A stretch of DNA of 64,000 nucleotides from an uncultured Planctomycetia bacterium (GCA_964597545.1 CAZQXN010000010.1:140-64139); one strand, 5' to 3'; positions 18,631 through 27,932 are shown, counted from the stretch's first letter. A program made the numbers and translations. The notes: generated by a model from the sequence alone, not told the origin.

Positions 18631-19146
18631 CTAGCGTTTACGGCGCTTCTTTCGGAGAGGCCCCCGGCGAACCAGGAGGCGGTACGCCGCATCCAGGGAC
18701 TGGGAGATGACTTTCGTCCCGGAGAAGATAGGCATGAAATTAGTATCACCCTTCCAGCGAGGAACGATGTGCAGATGCAGGTGCCCTGGAATCCCTGCCC
18801 CGGCAACCCGTCCAAAATTCAAGCCCACATTGTAGCCGTGCGGTTTAAGCCCTTGTCCCAAGCGCTCCATGGCATCGTTAGCCAACTCCAACAAATCCAG
18901 CCACTCGGTCTTGCTCAAGCGAGAGAGGTGGCCCACGTGCCGGTAGGGAGCAACCATCATGTGACCATTGCTGTAGGGGAAGAGATTGAGCAGAGAAAAA
19001 CCGTGCGCGCCGCGCTTGACCACGAAGTTCTTGGCATCCAGCTTAGATCGCCCTTTCTGGCAAAAGAGGCAGTCCCGAGTCCCAGGCGCGTGGGTTGAGG
19101 TGATATAGGCTTGCCGCCAAGGTGCCCAAATCCGTTTCTGGTTCAT
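18631..19146 (-). CDS. HIT family protein
   Basis: Histidine triad HLHLHIVPR; CLFC zinc motif. Confidence 0.8.
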   Translation of the reverse strand: MNQKRIWAPWRQAYITSTHAPGTRDCLFCQKGRSKLDAKNFVVKRGAHGFSLLNLFPYSNGHMMVAPYRHVGHLSRLSKTEWLDLLELANDAMERLGQGLKPHGYNVGLNFGRVAGAGIPGHLHLHIVPRWKGDTNFMPIFSGTKVISQSLDAAYRLLVRRGPLRKKRRKR

Positions 19147-20894
19147 GCCGCGCCTCCGGAATCTTGCAGGGGTGTCTCTGTTTTCGCCGCACCCGACCGT
19201 TCAAAAGTACTGTCTCTTGCCGACAGCGGCACTGCAGTCGCGCCCATAGGTGCGTGGGAGGCGGCTGTGGGTGACGGGATGCAGGGCAAACCATACAAAT
19301 CCAACAAATCATTCAAGAGGGTCAGATCCCAAAGACGCACCCGGGCCTGCTGGAGAATGAGGCGCGCGTGAATCTCCACTGGGTAGGCGCCGATAAGCAC
19401 CTTCCGATAATCTTTGTAATGGGGAAGCGCTGCAAAGGTGTCTAGAAGGCGGCGGGCCTCACCCTCCTCCAGAGAACCGGACCAAGGCACCACCAACCAC
19501 CCCTTGGCGGTCTTGCCGGGGCGCCGCGCCGCAAACCACGACTCTCCTGAGAATGCTGAGATCCCCTCGACGCTCTCCCATTGAGGCAGGAGGGTGCGTC
19601 GACCCTCCATCTCCACCTGCTCCCCCTCCCACAACCGCATCAAAGCAGCAACGCGTTCTGTCATCGGCTGATTCAAGCCTTGGCGGACCTCTTCCATCCA
19701 TTCCTGAAGGGAATGCCGAAACTGCACACGAGCCCCGGCCCAATCCACCCGCGCGACCCCCTCGATAATGGGGTGAGTGGTCCGCATCCACAGCTGAAAG
19801 AGCTGGTCGGAAATCCTAAAGAAGACCCCTTGCCGACGGACCAATCGCGCCTGTTCCAGAGCACGCAAACCACGGTTGATCTGCAGCGTAGGCCGGTCGA
19901 GCCGCTCGGCAATCTCGCCGGCCCGGTGCTGGCCCACCGCCACTGCACCTAATATCTGAATCCACAAGAGACGGTTGTTGTGGGCAGGGAGGCGCCCCAG
20001 TTGCTCCTCGAAGCGCAGTCGAAGCTTCCCCTGAGGATCAAAGAGGAGGGATTCCAATAAATCCAGCACACAATGCTCATGGACCGGATGGGGTGAATCA
20101 GAGCAGTTGCCCATCAGCCCCTGTTGAAGGAGATCCAGATTACCGGGGTGACCCTGAACCAATTCCATCAGAAGGTGCTCTAAGAATGGGTCCTGCTGTC
20201 CTTCGGGCCAAACCGATCGAATGGCCTTCAGAGAAGCAGCGGGAGCCAAACAGCCCACCGGAATGATTTCAAACTGGCCGAAGAGGAGGGAGAGCCCTTC
20301 CTTCAGGATAGACCGAGCGCGATGCACCCGGGAGGAGGCGACCAAATAGAGGGAACCGCTCTGCACCATAATCTTGCGCCCCAATCGCTTGAAGGGATCC
20401 TTGACCGGCAAGCGCTGAAGCAAATCAAACTCATCTAAAACAACCAGCACACCGCGCCCCAGTTCCTGCGTCACCATCTGGGGCAAATCCCAAAGCCGGT
20501 CATAGACCTCGTCGGATCGGTACGATTGCGCCCGATCCAAGAGGCGGGCCGCAACCGCACAGGTGCGCGGTACCCGGGTAGCGCTCAAACTGATCAGCTC
20601 GCTATGCTCCGCTGGAAGCGGTTTGACCCCTTCGACCTGAAGGACGCCATACAACAAAGCCTGAACAAAGCGCTGTGCCCATTCGGCCACAGACTCCCCT
20701 TCCCTAAGCTCCAGGTAAAAGGGGATGGGGCCTTGGGGTGCCGAGCGCTGCGACTGCAGCAGGCGGTTGAGCAGGGTGGTCTTGCCCATGGCCTCGGGAC
20801 CCACCAAGGCAAGGTTCTTGCGGTAGCCCGCGTTGAAACTCTCTACGCGCTTGAGCAGCAGATGAGTAATGTCGTCTCGATCAAACCAAATCAT
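19143..20894 (-). CDS. AAA ATPase of the archaeal-ATPase (PF01637-like) family with long C-terminal extension
   Basis: Walker A LVGPEAMGKTTLLNRL, Walker B VLVVLDEFD; 583 aa is longer than typical ~450. Confidence 0.7.
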   Translation of the reverse strand: MIWFDRDDITHLLLKRVESFNAGYRKNLALVGPEAMGKTTLLNRLLQSQRSAPQGPIPFYLELREGESVAEWAQRFVQALLYGVLQVEGVKPLPAEHSELISLSATRVPRTCAVAARLLDRAQSYRSDEVYDRLWDLPQMVTQELGRGVLVVLDEFDLLQRLPVKDPFKRLGRKIMVQSGSLYLVASSRVHRARSILKEGLSLLFGQFEIIPVGCLAPAASLKAIRSVWPEGQQDPFLEHLLMELVQGHPGNLDLLQQGLMGNCSDSPHPVHEHCVLDLLESLLFDPQGKLRLRFEEQLGRLPAHNNRLLWIQILGAVAVGQHRAGEIAERLDRPTLQINRGLRALEQARLVRRQGVFFRISDQLFQLWMRTTHPIIEGVARVDWAGARVQFRHSLQEWMEEVRQGLNQPMTERVAALMRLWEGEQVEMEGRRTLLPQWESVEGISAFSGESWFAARRPGKTAKGWLVVPWSGSLEEGEARRLLDTFAALPHYKDYRKVLIGAYPVEIHARLILQQARVRLWDLTLLNDLLDLYGLPCIPSPTAASHAPMGATAVPLSARDSTFERSGAAKTETPLQDSGGAA

Positions 20895-20897
20895 GGG

Positions 20898-21614
20898 TTA
20901 CGGCAAATAGTACAATGGATTCTGAGGTTCCTGATTCTTTCGTATTTCAAAGTGAAGTGCTGGAACTTCCGCGCGACCGGTCTGCCCTACTCGGGCGATG
21001 ACATGGCGCTGCTGGACTTCATCCCCGTACTGCACAAAAATTTCCTTCACATGGGCGTAAACGCTGGCCAAACCCGCCCCATGGTCAATGATAATGGTCT
21101 TGCCAAAACCAGGAAGCCCCTGATGAATGAAGCTTACCCGGCCGCCCCGAGCCGCTAACACCTCAGTCCCGGATCGAGCTTCAATGTCCAGGCCCTTGTT
21201 GACCATTCCCCCGCGACGACCGCCAAAGACAGAGATGATCTTGCCGCGAACAGGCCAAATGAAGTGCTCCTCCACACGAGAAGCCTTCGGACGAACGGAT
21301 TCAACTGTTCGCCGGGAAGCAACCGCCCGGCGGGACTTGCGTACAGGCTGCCGTTTTTCGGGGATCCTAAGCTTCTGACCTACTTGAATCTGAGAAGCAT
21401 TCGTAATCTGATTCAGATCCGCCAAGGCCTCCAACTCCACCTGGTATCTCCTGGAGATAGACCAGAGCGTCTCACCTCGGCTAACCAGATGCACCACCCC
21501 GCCCTGCGAAACAACCTCTGGACGGAGAGGCTGCCGATGAGGGGCGCAACCGACCATCAAGGCCACAGCAAGAAACATGCTCAGGTACTTAAAGAGTGTA
21601 TTCAAACCCACCAA
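20898..21614 (-). CDS. LysM + M23 family peptidoglycan endopeptidase
   Basis: LysM VVHLVSRGETLWSISRRYQVELEALADLNQI; M23 GLDIEARSGTEVLAARGG...IIDHGAGLASVYAH. Confidence 0.85.
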   Translation of the reverse strand: MVGLNTLFKYLSMFLAVALMVGCAPHRQPLRPEVVSQGGVVHLVSRGETLWSISRRYQVELEALADLNQITNASQIQVGQKLRIPEKRQPVRKSRRAVASRRTVESVRPKASRVEEHFIWPVRGKIISVFGGRRGGMVNKGLDIEARSGTEVLAARGGRVSFIHQGLPGFGKTIIIDHGAGLASVYAHVKEIFVQYGDEVQQRHVIARVGQTGRAEVPALHFEIRKNQEPQNPLYYLP

Positions 21615-21641
21615 CAGATTTCAAGCGGGTGGGGGGAATCG
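21607..21641. repeat. 35-bp perfect direct repeat of the tRNA-Gly 3' end plus 17 nt of 3' flank (second copy 21701..21735)
   Basis: CCCACCAACAGATTTCAAGCGGGTGGGGGGAATCG occurs twice 59 nt apart; second copy overlaps tRNA 3' end. Confidence 0.85.
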
Positions 21642-21717
21642 TGTACCGCACTCCCTGTGTCCCAACTTTGCTGCAGAGACAGCGGTCCACCTTCGATCCC
21701 CCCACCAACAGATTTCA

Positions 21718-21788
21718 AGCGGGTGGGGGGAATCGAACCCCCGTACTCAGCTTGGGAAGCTGATATTCTGCCACTGAATTACACCCGC
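21718..21788 (-). tRNA. tRNA-Gly (anticodon CCC)
   Basis: Manual fold of GCGGGTGTAATTCAGTGGCAGAATATCAGCTTCCCAAGCTGAGTACGGGGGTTCGATTCCCCCCACCCGCT: 7-bp acceptor, D arm ATTC/GAAT, anticodon stem TCAGC/GCTGA with loop TTCCCAA, T arm GGGGG-TTCGATT-CCCCC. Confidence 0.85.
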
Positions 21789-21815
21789 AACAAGTTCTTG
21801 AAGTGCCCAGCCGCC

Positions 21816-22721
21816 TTACAAGATGGCGGCTCGTGTCATCGATTGATAAACCTTAGACCTTTTAAGGATCTCGGACCTCGTGGCCTTGACCAGCTTGGCC
21901 GGCCCAAAGGTCTCAATGGCGATTGTTGCGGCAACAGAAGCATATTGAATGGCTCGGCAGAGCGTCGCCCAAGAAACACGCTTCTGTGTCCGTAGATACC
22001 CCATGCAAGCCCCTGCAAAAGCATCCCCAGCCCCGGTGGGATCTGTCACCTGCTCCACCGGATAGGCCGGCAAGGAGAAGAAGGCATCGCGAGAGGCCGC
22101 CAGGACGCCGTGCTCCCCTTTCTTGACAATGGCCACCTTCGGACCCAAGCGCGCCAGCACGCGGGTCGCCTGTACTAAACCATGTACGCCGGTTAAGAGC
22201 CGCGCTTCACTGTCATTGAGAAAAACCAAATCCATGCGCTTTAAGAGCTTCAGGAATCCTCGGCGCTGCGTCTTGATCCAGTCATCACGAGAATCGCAAG
22301 CGACGATCTTGGGGGCCTTGAGCTGCTTCAAGACGTGCCACTGCAGATTGGGGTGGATGTTCCCAAGGAAGGCGTGGCGGCTGCGCTTTAAAGCTGGCGA
22401 GAGCTTGGGAGAAAACCCACTGAAAACGCCTAGATCGAGGTGCAGTGTGGTCGGCTGAAGATCCCTGTTGTAGCGGCCTTTCCAGCGAAAGGTCTTTCCC
22501 TCGACCTGAGTAAGCCCCTCTCCATTGATCCCCTTGCGCGAGAGCAAGCGGCTGTACTCGGAGGGAAAATCAGAGCCCACCACAGCCAGCATGGCGGTGG
22601 GAGACCACAATCGAGCCGCCAACGCCGCATAGGTAGCCGATCCCCCTAGAGCCTGACGGATGCTCCCCCAGGGGGTTTCAATGGAATCAATGGCAACGGA
22701 ACCGACAATAAGAAGGCTCAT
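21816..22721 (-). CDS. PfkB family carbohydrate/nucleoside kinase
   Basis: DPTGAGDAFAGA signature 2 of ribokinase superfamily. Confidence 0.8.
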   Translation of the reverse strand: MSLLIVGSVAIDSIETPWGSIRQALGGSATYAALAARLWSPTAMLAVVGSDFPSEYSRLLSRKGINGEGLTQVEGKTFRWKGRYNRDLQPTTLHLDLGVFSGFSPKLSPALKRSRHAFLGNIHPNLQWHVLKQLKAPKIVACDSRDDWIKTQRRGFLKLLKRMDLVFLNDSEARLLTGVHGLVQATRVLARLGPKVAIVKKGEHGVLAASRDAFFSLPAYPVEQVTDPTGAGDAFAGACMGYLRTQKRVSWATLCRAIQYASVAATIAIETFGPAKLVKATRSEILKRSKVYQSMTRAAIL

Positions 22722-23404
22722 GAAGACATTTGCTCACAAAATGCACGCGCCGCTGCTTCAGGATCCGAGGCAGCGGCGATCGCCCGAACAACGGCAACCC
22801 GAGTGGCACCCGACGATAATACCAGAGGCAGTGTGATCAGGTCAATCCCTCCGATCGCTACCCAGGGGATCTTAATGTGGACCTTGACCTGCGTTAGAAG
22901 CTGTGTGCCCACCACTGGATAATCCGGCTTGGTGGGTGTGGAGAAGACGGGTCCAACCCCAATGTAGTCAGCCCCATCCCGCTCAGCCGCCTTGGCCTCT
23001 GCCAGGGAGTGGGTGGAACGGCCGATCATCATCCCCTCTCCTGCCTGTTGGCGCGCCTTGGGAACCGCCAAATCCTTATGCCCCAGGTGCACACCATCGG
23101 CCTGAACCTTGAGTGCTATGGGCAGGCGGTCATTGACCACAAAAAGAGCATGGTGTTTATGCGTAAGCTTACGCAGTGCAGCCGCTGTTTCAAGAAAGGT
23201 GTCATCCGGCGCCTGCTTATCTCGCCATTGAATGACCTCTGCCCCGCCCCGAATGGCTGCCTCAGCCACGACGAGGGGATCCTGCGCACCTACGACCGAA
23301 CGGTCAATGATGGCGTAGAGTCGAGAGTTTTGAATAGAGGGCTTTTTCAATGGCATAGGTCCGGAATCGAAGCAGCCCAAATTGCTTAGAGGCTGTCGGA
23401 TCAT
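22718..23404 (-). CDS. thiE: thiamine-phosphate synthase
   Basis: RLYAIIDRS...HALFVVNDRLPIALKVQADGVHLG...GADYIGVGPVFSTPTK. Confidence 0.85.
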   Translation of the reverse strand: MIRQPLSNLGCFDSGPMPLKKPSIQNSRLYAIIDRSVVGAQDPLVVAEAAIRGGAEVIQWRDKQAPDDTFLETAAALRKLTHKHHALFVVNDRLPIALKVQADGVHLGHKDLAVPKARQQAGEGMMIGRSTHSLAEAKAAERDGADYIGVGPVFSTPTKPDYPVVGTQLLTQVKVHIKIPWVAIGGIDLITLPLVLSSGATRVAVVRAIAAASDPEAAARAFCEQMSS

Positions 23405-23843
23405 CCAGCCGGCTGAATTCCTCCAACACCCGAAGGGCTTCTTGAACGCGGCGGATGTTGGCTGCTGCCAGATCCTTCAGGGTGGGATGCAGCCTCACCT
23501 TTCCTCGTCGGGAAGGCCTCCCAACATCAGCGGTGGTGGTGCGGCAACGCAGACGCTTGGGGTTCGAGTGTCTTCGGCTCACACGCTCTAAGGCATAGCG
23601 CAGCCGCTGACAGCGTCGGGTGAGGAGGCCTTCGTCCAACACCATCCGAGCCACCTCTTCGCAAACCCGCAATCCTTCACGGGCGCGATTGAGATTGGCA
23701 TCTAAAACACGGAGAAAGGCCTTAGAGACAACATGGGAATCTTTTTTTGGCAAGGTCACCTCAGCAATGCAGGGGTTATTCGGAAAGAGCCCGCCTCCGG
23801 GCCTCTTCCATGGAGTTCGGCAGGAGGGGCTTAAGACCCTCAT
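23304..23843 (-). CDS. hypothetical helical protein overlapping thiE 5' end (possible ThiE N-terminal accessory domain or frameshift)
   Basis: 179-aa ORF overlapping thiE ORF by ~50-100 nt in different frame; Arg/Leu-rich helical repeats. Confidence 0.35.
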   Translation of the reverse strand: MRVLSPSCRTPWKRPGGGLFPNNPCIAEVTLPKKDSHVVSKAFLRVLDANLNRAREGLRVCEEVARMVLDEGLLTRRCQRLRYALERVSRRHSNPKRLRCRTTTADVGRPSRRGKVRLHPTLKDLAAANIRRVQEALRVLEEFSRLDDPTASKQFGLLRFRTYAIEKALYSKLSTLRHH

Positions 23844-24465
23844 GGAAAGTCACCAGAAAATAGCTGATATCCTCAACACTGTATCCAGCGAGGGGAAAAT
23901 CAAGATTAACATTCATGGTGGTGCCGGGCTTCGTGACCCCCTCCGTAAGATGCGGATAGGCATCAGCGCTTAAGAGTTGGTCTTTCTCATCAAAGAAAGC
24001 CACCGCGATGGCAGTATGGATACTCTGGTCGGTCTTGTTGTTGTAGATAAGCAGCGCCTTGATCCAGGGCTTCCAACCCTCCAGATCCGGACCCGGCTCC
24101 TGCAGCTCGAAGCTGAGCGAGTAATTGACCTTCCCGAAAAAGCCATATGAGCGGTCAATTCCAAAGGGAAAGCGCCGCATCCCACCCACCGCAATCGGGC
24201 CCCGTTCGATCGATTCGATTTCAGGGTGGTAGAAGGTCAGGGTCTTTGTCCCGGTGTCCAGGCGCACTCGTTCGGAGGTCTCCTCGACAATGAGCCCCTC
24301 GTAGCTGCCCTCAGGGATATGGACGATATCTGCTGAGGCCTGCAACACCCCTGCCCCCAACGCCATCCAGAGACTTAAGAAGACGCGCTTATGCAGCAGA
24401 GATTCAATACCTTCTGTCCACCACAAAGTCGACCTCATTGTCCCCTGCGGCCCCAATGACCACAT
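23776..24465 (-). CDS. hypothetical secreted protein
   Basis: Signal peptide FLSLWMALGAGVLQASA. Confidence 0.45.
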   Translation of the reverse strand: MWSLGPQGTMRSTLWWTEGIESLLHKRVFLSLWMALGAGVLQASADIVHIPEGSYEGLIVEETSERVRLDTGTKTLTFYHPEIESIERGPIAVGGMRRFPFGIDRSYGFFGKVNYSLSFELQEPGPDLEGWKPWIKALLIYNNKTDQSIHTAIAVAFFDEKDQLLSADAYPHLTEGVTKPGTTMNVNLDFPLAGYSVEDISYFLVTFHEGLKPLLPNSMEEARRRALSE

Positions 24466-25798
24466 CCCTCCACTCGCTGTGGATGTTTAGGGCGTCGTCC
24501 GGCTCAGAGACAACGTACCAAGCGGTCGCTGAATAATCGTCGGGCTCAACCCCATCGATCGTGTAGCTGGCTCGGCCATCCGTGAAAACCTTATCCTCCA
24601 GGTCGACACCGAAATACCCCATCCCCTTCTTTCGGTTGAACTGAATCCTAAGATACCCGGTCTCATTGGGCTCCTTAAAGAGGCGCACTGATCCGGAAAC
24701 CGATGCCTCCCCCTCCTCAATGCTTCCAAAGCGGTCATAACCGGTATCTTCTTTGCGCGGCTGTGTGGGATCAGAGGAGAAGGAGAAGGCGGCCTCACCC
24801 CCCTCGCTTTGTTCGGAACCAGACCACTCCTCTTTGAGGTACTTCCAGCGACCCTGCTCTCGAACCAGGGTAACGCTGCCCTGCATCTTGCCCATAAACG
24901 TCTCGCTGCTGCCGGTTAACGCGGCTGTATCCCCCTGGATGTCTACATCGGTAAAAGCGATGTTGGCAGGCATGAGCGCCGACATCTGCTTCATCAACTC
25001 AGGGGTCATATCTCCAAAGTCCTCTTGCCACGTTTCCAGGCCCGCCTGAGCAGTTCTCTGCCGAACCCCCTCTATGTCTCCGTCTTTAAAAGCAGAGATA
25101 TAAGCGTGATAGGCTGCCTCGGGACCCTCTTCGTCACCCATGGCCCCTCCAGCTTTCTCTGACCCGCCCCCACTCTTCTGTACGCTGGACCACGCCTCCT
25201 TGACATATTTCCAGCGACCCTGCTCGTGAACCATGGTGACACTGCCCTTGGCAGGACCCAGGAATGACTTGGCACTTCCGGTTAAAACCACCCTATCCCC
25301 CTCGATGTTCACATCATCGAAAACAATGTTGGTGGGAATCATCGGCGACATCTGCTTCATCATCGCAGAGCTCATGTTTCCATAGGTTTCATCCCAAGCC
25401 TTCATGCCCTCTTTCGCAACCCGCTGCCGAGTTCCCTCGACGTCCCCCTGCCTGAAGGCTTCCAAATAGGCTCGATAGACTGCTTCAGGGCCACCCGAAG
25501 CGCTGTTGTCTGCCGCCTGCCCTGCCACGGGGGACTGAGCAAGCGGTGAGACCCCGACGACAACCTGTTCTGCTTTGGGCCCAGAGCGCTCAATCCGCTC
25601 AATCTGCTCCGGGAGATACAGCATGGAGGCTCCGTCTCGCTCAACCTCGATGTAGCCGGCCTCCTCGCTTAGGCTGGCGGCCTCAATGGTCCGGCCATCC
25701 TTGAGCACCAGGGTATCTGCCAGAAGCTCAGAGACTCGACCCACCGCAACGCCCAGGAAGACCGCGAGCAGCAAACCAATCTTGGAAGCTTGCGACAT
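24404..25798 (-). CDS. secreted protein with two tandem ~95-aa NTF2-like (DUF4878-like) repeats
   Basis: Signal peptide IGLLLAVFLGVAVG; internal duplication AYLEAFRQGDVEGTRQRVAKEGMKAWDE...EQGRWKYVKEAWS vs AYISAFKDGDIEGVRQRTAQAGLETWQE...EQGRWKYLKEEWS. Confidence 0.55.
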   Translation of the reverse strand: MSQASKIGLLLAVFLGVAVGRVSELLADTLVLKDGRTIEAASLSEEAGYIEVERDGASMLYLPEQIERIERSGPKAEQVVVGVSPLAQSPVAGQAADNSASGGPEAVYRAYLEAFRQGDVEGTRQRVAKEGMKAWDETYGNMSSAMMKQMSPMIPTNIVFDDVNIEGDRVVLTGSAKSFLGPAKGSVTMVHEQGRWKYVKEAWSSVQKSGGGSEKAGGAMGDEEGPEAAYHAYISAFKDGDIEGVRQRTAQAGLETWQEDFGDMTPELMKQMSALMPANIAFTDVDIQGDTAALTGSSETFMGKMQGSVTLVREQGRWKYLKEEWSGSEQSEGGEAAFSFSSDPTQPRKEDTGYDRFGSIEEGEASVSGSVRLFKEPNETGYLRIQFNRKKGMGYFGVDLEDKVFTDGRASYTIDGVEPDDYSATAWYVVSEPDDALNIHSEWRDVVIGAAGDNEVDFVVDRRY

Positions 25799-25800
25799 GA

Positions 25801-26307
25801 CTACCTCCTCTTTTGCTTTCTCTTAAGCCTGTGAAGCATCCGGGTTGTCGAGCGCCCTTTGAGATAGGGTATTTGAATGACACGGCCGCCGTTGGACTCA
25901 ACAAAGTCCCCGCCGACAATCTGTGCTTTCTTCCAGTCGGCCCCCTTGGCCAAGAGATCCGGCCGCAGGAGACGAATCACGCGAAGGGGGGTATCCTCCC
26001 GAAAAACAACCACATAATCAACCGGCTTGAGTGCTGCCACCAACCGGGCCCGATCGCGAACCGGGGTGATGGGCCGCCCTACCCCTTTAAGACGCCTGAG
26101 GGAGGCATCGGAATTGACTGCAACCACCAGAACGTGGGCTTGCCGTTTGATGGACTCCAAGTAGCTCAGGTGTCCTGCGTGCAAAAGGTCAAAACAGCCG
26201 TTGGTGAAAGCGATGATCTTCTTCTGGCGGCGCAGCCGGTTAAGTTCCGCTGCCAGCTGCGGCAAGGAAAGGACAGTGCGATTAACTGCGCGCGAAGTGC
26301 GCTTCAA
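25801..26307 (-). CDS. rfaE2: D-glycero-beta-D-manno-heptose 1-phosphate adenylyltransferase (RfaE domain II)
   Basis: Cytidylyltransferase motif FTNGCFDLLHAGHLSYL. Confidence 0.85.
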   Translation of the reverse strand: MKRTSRAVNRTVLSLPQLAAELNRLRRQKKIIAFTNGCFDLLHAGHLSYLESIKRQAHVLVVAVNSDASLRRLKGVGRPITPVRDRARLVAALKPVDYVVVFREDTPLRVIRLLRPDLLAKGADWKKAQIVGGDFVESNGGRVIQIPYLKGRSTTRMLHRLKRKQKRR

Positions 26308-26890
26308 CGAGTTCGCAGAGTATGTGTGTGACGGTAATGTGCGCTTCTTGAATCCGGCTCGTCAACTCCGCGGGGATCACCACGGCGACATCCACCGCCG
26401 ATTTCAAGGCACCCCCATCTCGGCCGGTCAGGCCCATGGTCGTAAGCCCCATCGCCTTGGCAGTCTTGACCGCCGCCAAAACATTGGGGGAGTTACCGCT
26501 GGTGGAGATGGCAAAGGCAATGTCCCCTGCCGCTCCCAATGCTTCGATCTGCCTCGAAAATACGGTTTCAAAACCAAAATCATTGGCGAGCGCCGTCAAG
26601 GCAGAGGTGTCTGTGGTCAGCGCTAAGGCCGGCAGTGCGCGCCGGTTGATCCTGACCCGGCCCACCAATTCCGCCGCCAAATGTTGGCTGTCGGCAGCCG
26701 AACCCCCATTGCCAAAGAAGAGGATCTTGTGGCCCTGGTTTAAGGCATGGATCCAATCGCCCGCAACCCGATCCAGGGTCGGAACCAGCGAACCCAGCAC
26801 CGCCTCTTGAGTCTGGATGCACGACTTGAGGCACCCCTCAATTTGGCGCGCTAGGCTGCCTTTATCCGAAGAAGAGTTTGGCGATGTCAT
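26282..26890 (-). CDS. gmhA: phosphoheptose isomerase (SIS domain)
   Basis: FFGNGGSAADSQHLAAELVGR...ISTSGNSPNV; start set at internal Met (MTSPNSS) because longer ORF overlaps pfkA. Confidence 0.85.
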   Translation of the reverse strand: MTSPNSSSDKGSLARQIEGCLKSCIQTQEAVLGSLVPTLDRVAGDWIHALNQGHKILFFGNGGSAADSQHLAAELVGRVRINRRALPALALTTDTSALTALANDFGFETVFSRQIEALGAAGDIAFAISTSGNSPNVLAAVKTAKAMGLTTMGLTGRDGGALKSAVDVAVVIPAELTSRIQEAHITVTHILCELVEAHFARS

Positions 26891-27932
26891 AAAGCGCCTG
26901 ATCCACCGTTTTGATCTCTTTTGTGGAGGCCGAAAGATCAACGGCAACAATGTCGTTGCCCTTGAGGCTGACCATCTTGCCGAATTCGCCGGAGAGTGCG
27001 AGCTCCACCGCTTTGACGCCAAAGCGCGTGCCCAGGACGCGGTCAAAAGCAGTGGGAGAGCCGCCCCGCTGAACGTGCCCGAGCACGGTTACGCGTGTCT
27101 CAAAACCGGTCTTCTCTTCAATCAGCGCTCCGAGGGAGTGGCCAATGCCGCCGAGACGAACGTGGCCAAACTGGTCCAGCTTCTTATCCTTGGTGACCAT
27201 CTCACCTGGTTTAAACTCAGCCCCCTCAGCCACAACCACAATTGAGAAGGTCTTGCCGCGATCATGCCGCTTGCGAATGGCGGCGCAGACCTCCTCCGTA
27301 TCAATCGGGGCCTCGGGCACCAGGATGGCATCTGCGCCGCCGGCAATGCCGGCATGAACCGCAATCCATCCGGCGTGGCGGCCCATCACCTCGCAAACCA
27401 TGATCCGATTGTGACTCTCTGCAGTGGTGTGCAACCGGTCAATCGAGTCCATGGCGATGTTGACAGCGGTGTCAAAACCAAAGGTGTAGTCGGTCTCAGC
27501 CAAGTCGTTATCGATCGTCTTGGGAACGCCAACCACCTGAACCTTCTCCTTGGAGAGCCTGTTCGCAACCCCCAAGGTGTCCTCGCCGCCAATGGCGATC
27601 AGCGCATCCAACCCTAAGACGTTCAAGTTCTTCTTCACTGCCTCCACGTGCTCAGGCTTCTTGTATGGGTTGGTTCGAGAGGTCCCCAGAACCGTCCCGC
27701 CCTTATGCAGGATGCCGGATACAGAAACCAAGTCCAGTGGGGTCGTGCTCTTCTCGATCAACCCCTTCCAGCCTCCCTTGATGCCCAACACCTTAACCCC
27801 TACGCTGTCGGCCTTGCGGACAATCGCCCGAATGACTGAGTTTAAACCCGGGCAATCACCCCCGCCCGTCAACACGCCAATGGTTTGAATCGATTTGGCC
27901 ATATTAAAACCCCCGAAATGGTCCGGAAACAT
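26862..27932 (-). CDS. pfkA: 6-phosphofructokinase
   Basis: GVLTGGGDCPGLNSVIRAIV, GGDGS-like IAIGGEDTL, GHVQRGGSPTAFDRVLGTRFG. Confidence 0.9.
   Translation of the reverse strand: MFPDHFGGFNMAKSIQTIGVLTGGGDCPGLNSVIRAIVRKADSVGVKVLGIKGGWKGLIEKSTTPLDLVSVSGILHKGGTVLGTSRTNPYKKPEHVEAVKKNLNVLGLDALIAIGGEDTLGVANRLSKEKVQVVGVPKTIDNDLAETDYTFGFDTAVNIAMDSIDRLHTTAESHNRIMVCEVMGRHAGWIAVHAGIAGGADAILVPEAPIDTEEVCAAIRKRHDRGKTFSIVVVAEGAEFKPGEMVTKDKKLDQFGHVRLGGIGHSLGALIEEKTGFETRVTVLGHVQRGGSPTAFDRVLGTRFGVKAVELALSGEFGKMVSLKGNDIVAVDLSASTKEIKTVDQALYDIAKLFFG

Noticed and set aside
19143-20894. AAA ATPase as a transposition helper (IstB/TniB-like) marking a mobile element
   Set aside because: No transposase, inverted repeats or target duplications nearby. 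Walker motifs and length fit the archaeal-ATPase/DUF234 family rather than IstB.
21601-21700. Possible second tRNA between the two 35-bp repeats
   Set aside because: The intervening 59 nt plus the first repeat do not form a cloverleaf. There is no T-stem GGGGG partner and no plausible anticodon arm. It is a partial tRNA 3' duplicate only.
26282-27046. 254-aa gmhA ORF with long N-terminal extension
   Set aside because: The first ~52 codons overlap pfkA and are Arg/Ser/Trp-rich without similarity to GmhA. The conserved protein begins at the internal Met (26890).
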